DNA of 64,000 nt, from positions 32,974 to 96,973 of the forward strand of contig JAYGDX010000171.1 in assembly GCA_046582655.1 (NCBI GenBank). The letters are read 5' to 3'. Below the pieces are notes generated by a model. The model was not told the DNA's origin. It saw only the letters and a list, made by a program, of their open reading frames with translations, and searched no databases. The position numbers and the translations under genes are program-made. Positions within the stretch are counted from its first letter, which is position 1, and every line of letters begins with the position of its first letter. Shown here in pieces: positions 59,846-64,000 of the stretch. The stretch comes from Candidatus Poribacteria bacterium (GTDB lineage: Bacteria; Poribacteria; WGA-4E; UBA9662).

Positions 59846-60724
59846 TTATCTGCCCTTCTTGTGTCGGTACTGAAAAAAATGAATTAGTGACTGGGTATAT
59901 GATTGATCAGCGTGAATCGCAATGTTATCAATTTTATTTTTCAGGAAAAATTTTTGTCGTTTGGTGATTTCATCAAGGTTTTTTTCCTGATAGTATTGGC
60001 GTGTCTTAGCGGAAGAACTGTCGAACAGAATTATGTCTCCTGTTTCTGTGTCTTCAAGCTCGATTAGTCCTACGTCTGGGAATTCTGTTTCACGCCGATC
60101 TGCCACTACAATAGCAATCAAATCATGTCGTGGGTTTATCCGTTGCAGTGGTTTTTCGTAATCATCATCACGGAAGTCTGAAATGAGGAAAACAACACTT
60201 TTCCGTTTTTGAATGCGTTCGAGAAAACTCAGTACTGTCTTCAAATCTGTGGCGGTTCTTTTTGATTCGAAGTAGAGAATATCACGAATAAGTCGGAGAA
60301 CATGCTTCTTGCCTTTACGAGGTGGAATGAACAGTTCAACCTGATCTGTGAAACAGATTAAGCCGACTTTGTCGTTGTTCTTGATGGCAGCAAATGCGAG
60401 AAGTGCTGAGATTTCAGCGATAATTTCAGATTTTTTTTGTTGGTGCGTACCGAATTCTGTTGAGCCGCTGACATCAACCAGCAACATTATAATCAATTCT
60501 CTTTCTTCAACGAATTTCTTGACAAACGGATGTCCCATCTTTGCTGTTACGTTCCAATCTATGGTTCGCACTTCGTCGCCATGTTGATATTCACGAACCT
60601 CATCAAATTCCATACCTTTACCTTTAAATGCACTTTCGTACTCACCGGCAAAGATGTTGTTCACTAGACGGTTTGTTGATATTTCAATCCGACGTATTTT
60701 TTTTATAATATCTTTTGTGTTCAT
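59846..60724 (-). CDS. DUF58 (vWA-associated) protein
   Basis: G.GMEFDEVREY..GD..R.IDWNVTA, DVSGS and ISDF motifs. Confidence 0.92.
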   Translation of the reverse strand: MNTKDIIKKIRRIEISTNRLVNNIFAGEYESAFKGKGMEFDEVREYQHGDEVRTIDWNVTAKMGHPFVKKFVEERELIIMLLVDVSGSTEFGTHQQKKSEIIAEISALLAFAAIKNNDKVGLICFTDQVELFIPPRKGKKHVLRLIRDILYFESKRTATDLKTVLSFLERIQKRKSVVFLISDFRDDDYEKPLQRINPRHDLIAIVVADRRETEFPDVGLIELEDTETGDIILFDSSSAKTRQYYQEKNLDEITKRQKFFLKNKIDNIAIHADQSYTQSLIHFFQYRHKKGR

Positions 60725-60913
60725 TAGTTTTCTAATGATTTAGGGCATTCTACAAAACGTAATTATAAAACTGTACTTGCGTTTATGTGAAAAATAATAT
60801 AGGCATGAAAATAAGAATTTCAACAGTAAAGATAATACGAATTGGAAGTGCTAACAAGCAGTTGATTTTGTAGAATAGTATCTTTAGTTTTAAATCAATC
60901 TCAGTCTCAAGGT

Positions 60914-62185
60914 GTGTTTTTACTTTTGGCGGAAAGATATTTTTCAGGGATAAGGCTGTTTCCCAAAATATTTTACGTGATTTCAGTAACCGGAATGATG
61001 GCTATATCCAATTCCAAAACAGCTTCCATACGAAATATTAACCATAAGATATCAGTTTGGAGACTCATTGCAATAGAATTTAAATTAACATTCAAAACGC
61101 GGAACGGCAAGGCAAGTAGCAAATTGGCGATATTGGTTCTCATTCAGGGGCTCTGCTTTTTGGGGTGCCAATCGCAAGAACAAAAAATACAGCAGTTCAT
61201 AGTCCAGCTTAGTGATAGAAATCATATGGCACGTGCCCGTGCTATTTATACTTTAAGCAAGATAGGGGAACCCGCGATTCCAGCATTAATCAATGCATTA
61301 GATAACGAAGATACTCGTCAAAGTGCTGCTGATATCTTAAGCCGAATAGGTGTTCCTGCGATACCTGCGTTGATTCGTTCAGCAAACCACGCAGACAGGG
61401 GCACTTCTGTCAGTATTATTAATGCCTTAATTAAGATCGGAAAACCGGCGGTTTCTTCTTTAATAGGTATGTTGAACCATGAGGATATTTGGATTCGCAA
61501 TGTTACTGTTGCTGCTTTAACAGAGATAGGAGAACCCTCGGTATCAGAATTAATAGAAGCTTTACATCACCAAGATAATTTAGTTCAGATCAATGTTGCT
61601 GTGACGTTAGGTGACATCGGGAAACCGGCGCTACCTGCGCTGATTGAGGCATTAGACGGAAGCACTATCACGATTCGTCTTAAGATAATAATGGCTCTAA
61701 ATAGAATAAATTCGTTTAAAGCAAAAAGTTCAGTGATGCAGCAGATTCCTATATTGATCGAAGCATTGAATGATGAAATGAACATTCGGATCCATACCGT
61801 TGAGGTCTTAGGCTTGATAGGGACTGCAGCTAAACCGGCAATTCCGAGCTTAATAGGTATGTTAAACGATAGTGATGAAAGACTTTGTGCTTCGGTTGTT
61901 TTGGCATTGGGCCGAATAGGAAACCCTAACCAGGAGTTAGTTTCGGTACTAATCAGGATATTGAAGAATGATAAGAGAACCACCGTTCAAAATGCCATTA
62001 CTCAGGCGTTAGAATTATTTGGAAAATCTGCTGGGTCCGCAGTTCCAGCTTTAATAGAAATATTAAATGTTAGTGATAAAAAAAATCAAAGCCGAATTGT
62101 TTTAGCTTTGGATAATATAGGTACCTTAGAAGCAAGAAAAGCAGCGCAAGAGTGGAGAGTTAGACAAACAAGAGATCCGCGTTAA
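60914..62185 (+). CDS. HEAT-repeat protein, probable lipoprotein
   Basis: Many IG.PAIPALI.AL repeats; hydrophobic stretch ending CFLGC. True start is probably downstream of 60914. Confidence 0.8.
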   Translation: MFLLLAERYFSGIRLFPKIFYVISVTGMMAISNSKTASIRNINHKISVWRLIAIEFKLTFKTRNGKASSKLAILVLIQGLCFLGCQSQEQKIQQFIVQLSDRNHMARARAIYTLSKIGEPAIPALINALDNEDTRQSAADILSRIGVPAIPALIRSANHADRGTSVSIINALIKIGKPAVSSLIGMLNHEDIWIRNVTVAALTEIGEPSVSELIEALHHQDNLVQINVAVTLGDIGKPALPALIEALDGSTITIRLKIIMALNRINSFKAKSSVMQQIPILIEALNDEMNIRIHTVEVLGLIGTAAKPAIPSLIGMLNDSDERLCASVVLALGRIGNPNQELVSVLIRILKNDKRTTVQNAITQALELFGKSAGSAVPALIEILNVSDKKNQSRIVLALDNIGTLEARKAAQEWRVRQTRDPR

Positions 62186-62940
62186 TCATTTAGACCATAG
62201 ATCCTCGCTAGATTTCCGCCAAAAATTAGTGTCTCGGCCTCTTCTCCCAATTCCAGACGCTGGATTGCATTAACGACTTGAATCGGCCGATATTCGGGTG
62301 TGTTCGATCCGAAAACGATTTGCTCGGGGCCTAGTTCGTCGTTTGCTTTCTTGATCTCAGTGGGAACAACCTGATCTGGATTGGTCCCCCAACGTTGATG
62401 AAATCGGAGGATAGTTGTTCCCAAATATATGTTCTTATTGGTTTTAGCCGCTTCGATTCCAGAATCCAGATCATCAGGAAACCCCATATGATCCATAATT
62501 ACCGGTGTTTCGGGAATCCAACTAGCCACGTTGCCAATCCGGGTAGGATGACAATTTCCCGGTCCCGAATGGATAGAAACGATGAGTCCATTATCTCGTG
62601 CCGCTTCGACTACTGGCCTGACTATTTCATCATCCACATTGTAACCGTGAACAGCAGGCATCAATTTAATTCCTTTCATTTTCCACGTGTCAGCCGCCTG
62701 GTTTATTTTTGAGATAGGGTCTACTTCGGTTGGGTGGATGAGGGCACAACCAAGTGCGCGAGGATTGCCTTTTATTGCTTCAGCCAGTTCTGCGTTAGGT
62801 GGTTCCGGTTGTGTGTTGGGCATGATAACAGCAACTTCCATTTCTGCCTCATCCTCAAGGGCTAACAATTCTTCTAAGTCCAATTTTCCATTTTTATCGC
62901 GGAATGAATCATTCAGATAGGCTTCAAAGTCTCCTCTCAT
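62182..62940 (-). CDS. Amidohydrolase_2 family metal-dependent hydrolase
   Basis: GIKLMP, IHSG, MDHMG and VFGSN.P..GGNLARI motifs. Confidence 0.85.
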   Translation of the reverse strand: MRGDFEAYLNDSFRDKNGKLDLEELLALEDEAEMEVAVIMPNTQPEPPNAELAEAIKGNPRALGCALIHPTEVDPISKINQAADTWKMKGIKLMPAVHGYNVDDEIVRPVVEAARDNGLIVSIHSGPGNCHPTRIGNVASWIPETPVIMDHMGFPDDLDSGIEAAKTNKNIYLGTTILRFHQRWGTNPDQVVPTEIKKANDELGPEQIVFGSNTPEYRPIQVVNAIQRLELGEEAETLIFGGNLARIYGLND

Positions 62941-63295
62941 GATAGCTCTCCTTTTAAAAAAACATCATAGTACTTTAGTATGATTTTATATCAAAGATCC
63001 TTTGGTTTGTCACCATATCCTTTTAATCATTATACTTCAAATAATTTTTAATTAGAATTAACTATAATTGATAAAGAACAGATTTTTTCGAGTAGAAATG
63101 CTATACTTGTGTTCATAACAGTAATGTTGAAAAGACAAATACTCGGAGTTTCAGTTGAGTCAAGGCTAAAGAGCAATTCCGCGTTATGTCTTTGAGGCTT
63201 AGCCACATACATCGAATCGTTAAAAAGTAGATTATATCATCTTGATGGGAAGCTAGGCCGGTATAGAATAACAGATAATGTCTTATCCTTACCAT

Positions 63296-63979
63296 ATGAT
63301 ATTTCGCTCCTTACTTTTTATTTTGTTATCATTTTCAGTCACTATCTGTACGTTTGCCCAACAGTCAAAGCCGTTTCCACCCACGACCACACGCACTTCA
63401 ACCGCACCAACTTGAAGTGCGTGACCTGGTGAAGGTGCGCCACTTCGGGGAAGCGGCATTAATAGCAAATGGGCGGTTTCTGGGCGGTTTGTAGATACAG
63501 AATTGGAACGACCTCGCTGGCGTTTCACCGTAAATTGTCGGGTCCATCAAAGATTGCAGCTTGGACTAGAATATAATCCGGTTGCCAAGGAAGTTAGTCC
63601 GCTTTTAAGCCTGTTTCTATTGACTGAAGGAGAAAACGAATGGAGGCCCGCCCTGTTTTTAGGCACTAGTTCCGACCGCATTGGTTCACCTGCAGGCAAG
63701 CAGTCCTACTATGTCACCGTCAGCAAAGGTCTACCCAAGTTGCCGATTTCAGCTTATGCCACGCTCAATTATTCTGAATGGGACAGAGAATTGGGCAACA
63801 CACCTTTGAATCTTCCGTTTGGTATCACGGTTGAGTTTGGTCAGTACTTGTCAATTCGTTCGATGTACGATGGAGATCGGCCTCACTTGATGTTGAATTG
63901 TTTTGCAGATCACTATGGTGTTAGCCTAATGTATATTTGGCTGGAGAGAGGTGGCATCTCGACCTCAATCCAATTTTAA
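63296..63979 (+). CDS. Candidate UxxU selenoprotein, exported, putative outer-membrane beta-barrel (227 aa)
   Basis: ATG 63296 (or 63278) gives signal peptide MIFRSLLFILLSFSVTICTFA, a P/T linker, TGA 63413 and TGA 63422 (T-U-S-A-U-P), then runs in frame into ORF 63503-63979, which ends GISTSIQF. Confidence 0.72.
63439..63457 (+). promoter_or_regulatory. Putative bacterial SECIS hairpin
   Basis: gcc-a-cttc-GGG-gaag-c-ggc; the G-loop begins 22 nt after the second TGA and 31 nt after the first. Confidence 0.55.
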
Positions 63980-64000
63980 TTGGGTTTTATCTCTTCATAC

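Noticed and set aside
63413..63424. Genome-wide UGA=Trp/Gly reassignment
   Set aside because: TGA ends normal genes here (hisC, purQ, map), Trp is TGG in the codons I read, and I saw no other internal TGA in conserved genes.
63289..63528. Minus-strand 79-aa ORF as the real gene
   Set aside because: It has no recognisable motifs and is the antisense shadow of the plus-strand frame, which has a signal peptide and continues into 63503-63979.

Overview
A bacterial chromosomal segment, most likely from Candidatus Poribacteria; this is inferred from two LamG proteins carrying the C-terminal 'KLxTTWGxIK' tag, plus sulfatase, PhyH, Gfo/Idh/MocA and HEAT-repeat genes. The first ~24 kb is accessory: a sulfatase, a Kelch protein, a membrane tri-heme cytochrome, a heme-binding DOMON-type protein, two secreted prenyltransferase/squalene-cyclase-fold proteins, a TonB-dependent receptor, a MITE, sugar catabolism genes and three pseudogenes. 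The rest is mostly housekeeping: purQ, purL, hpt, tilS, three tRNAs, ftsB, eno, map, a DUF362 pseudogene, miaB, hisC, ftsX, lptD, surA, two parvulins, mfd, accD, topA, ftsE and anmK. There are two stand-out observations. (1) At 63296-63979 the ORF track catches only the 3' part of a gene: read through, it has a signal peptide, a Pro/Thr linker, two in-frame TGA codons forming a UxxU motif followed by a SECIS-like hairpin, and a putative outer-membrane beta-barrel. It is a candidate di-selenocysteine outer-membrane selenoprotein. (2) A 1243-aa LptD-like protein, Cys-free in its mature part, carries ~360 aa of apparently nested parvulin (PpiC) domains inside its barrel and lies in an mfd-ppiC-ppiC-surA-lptD cluster. 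All family assignments come from motif recognition by eye; no database searches were run.
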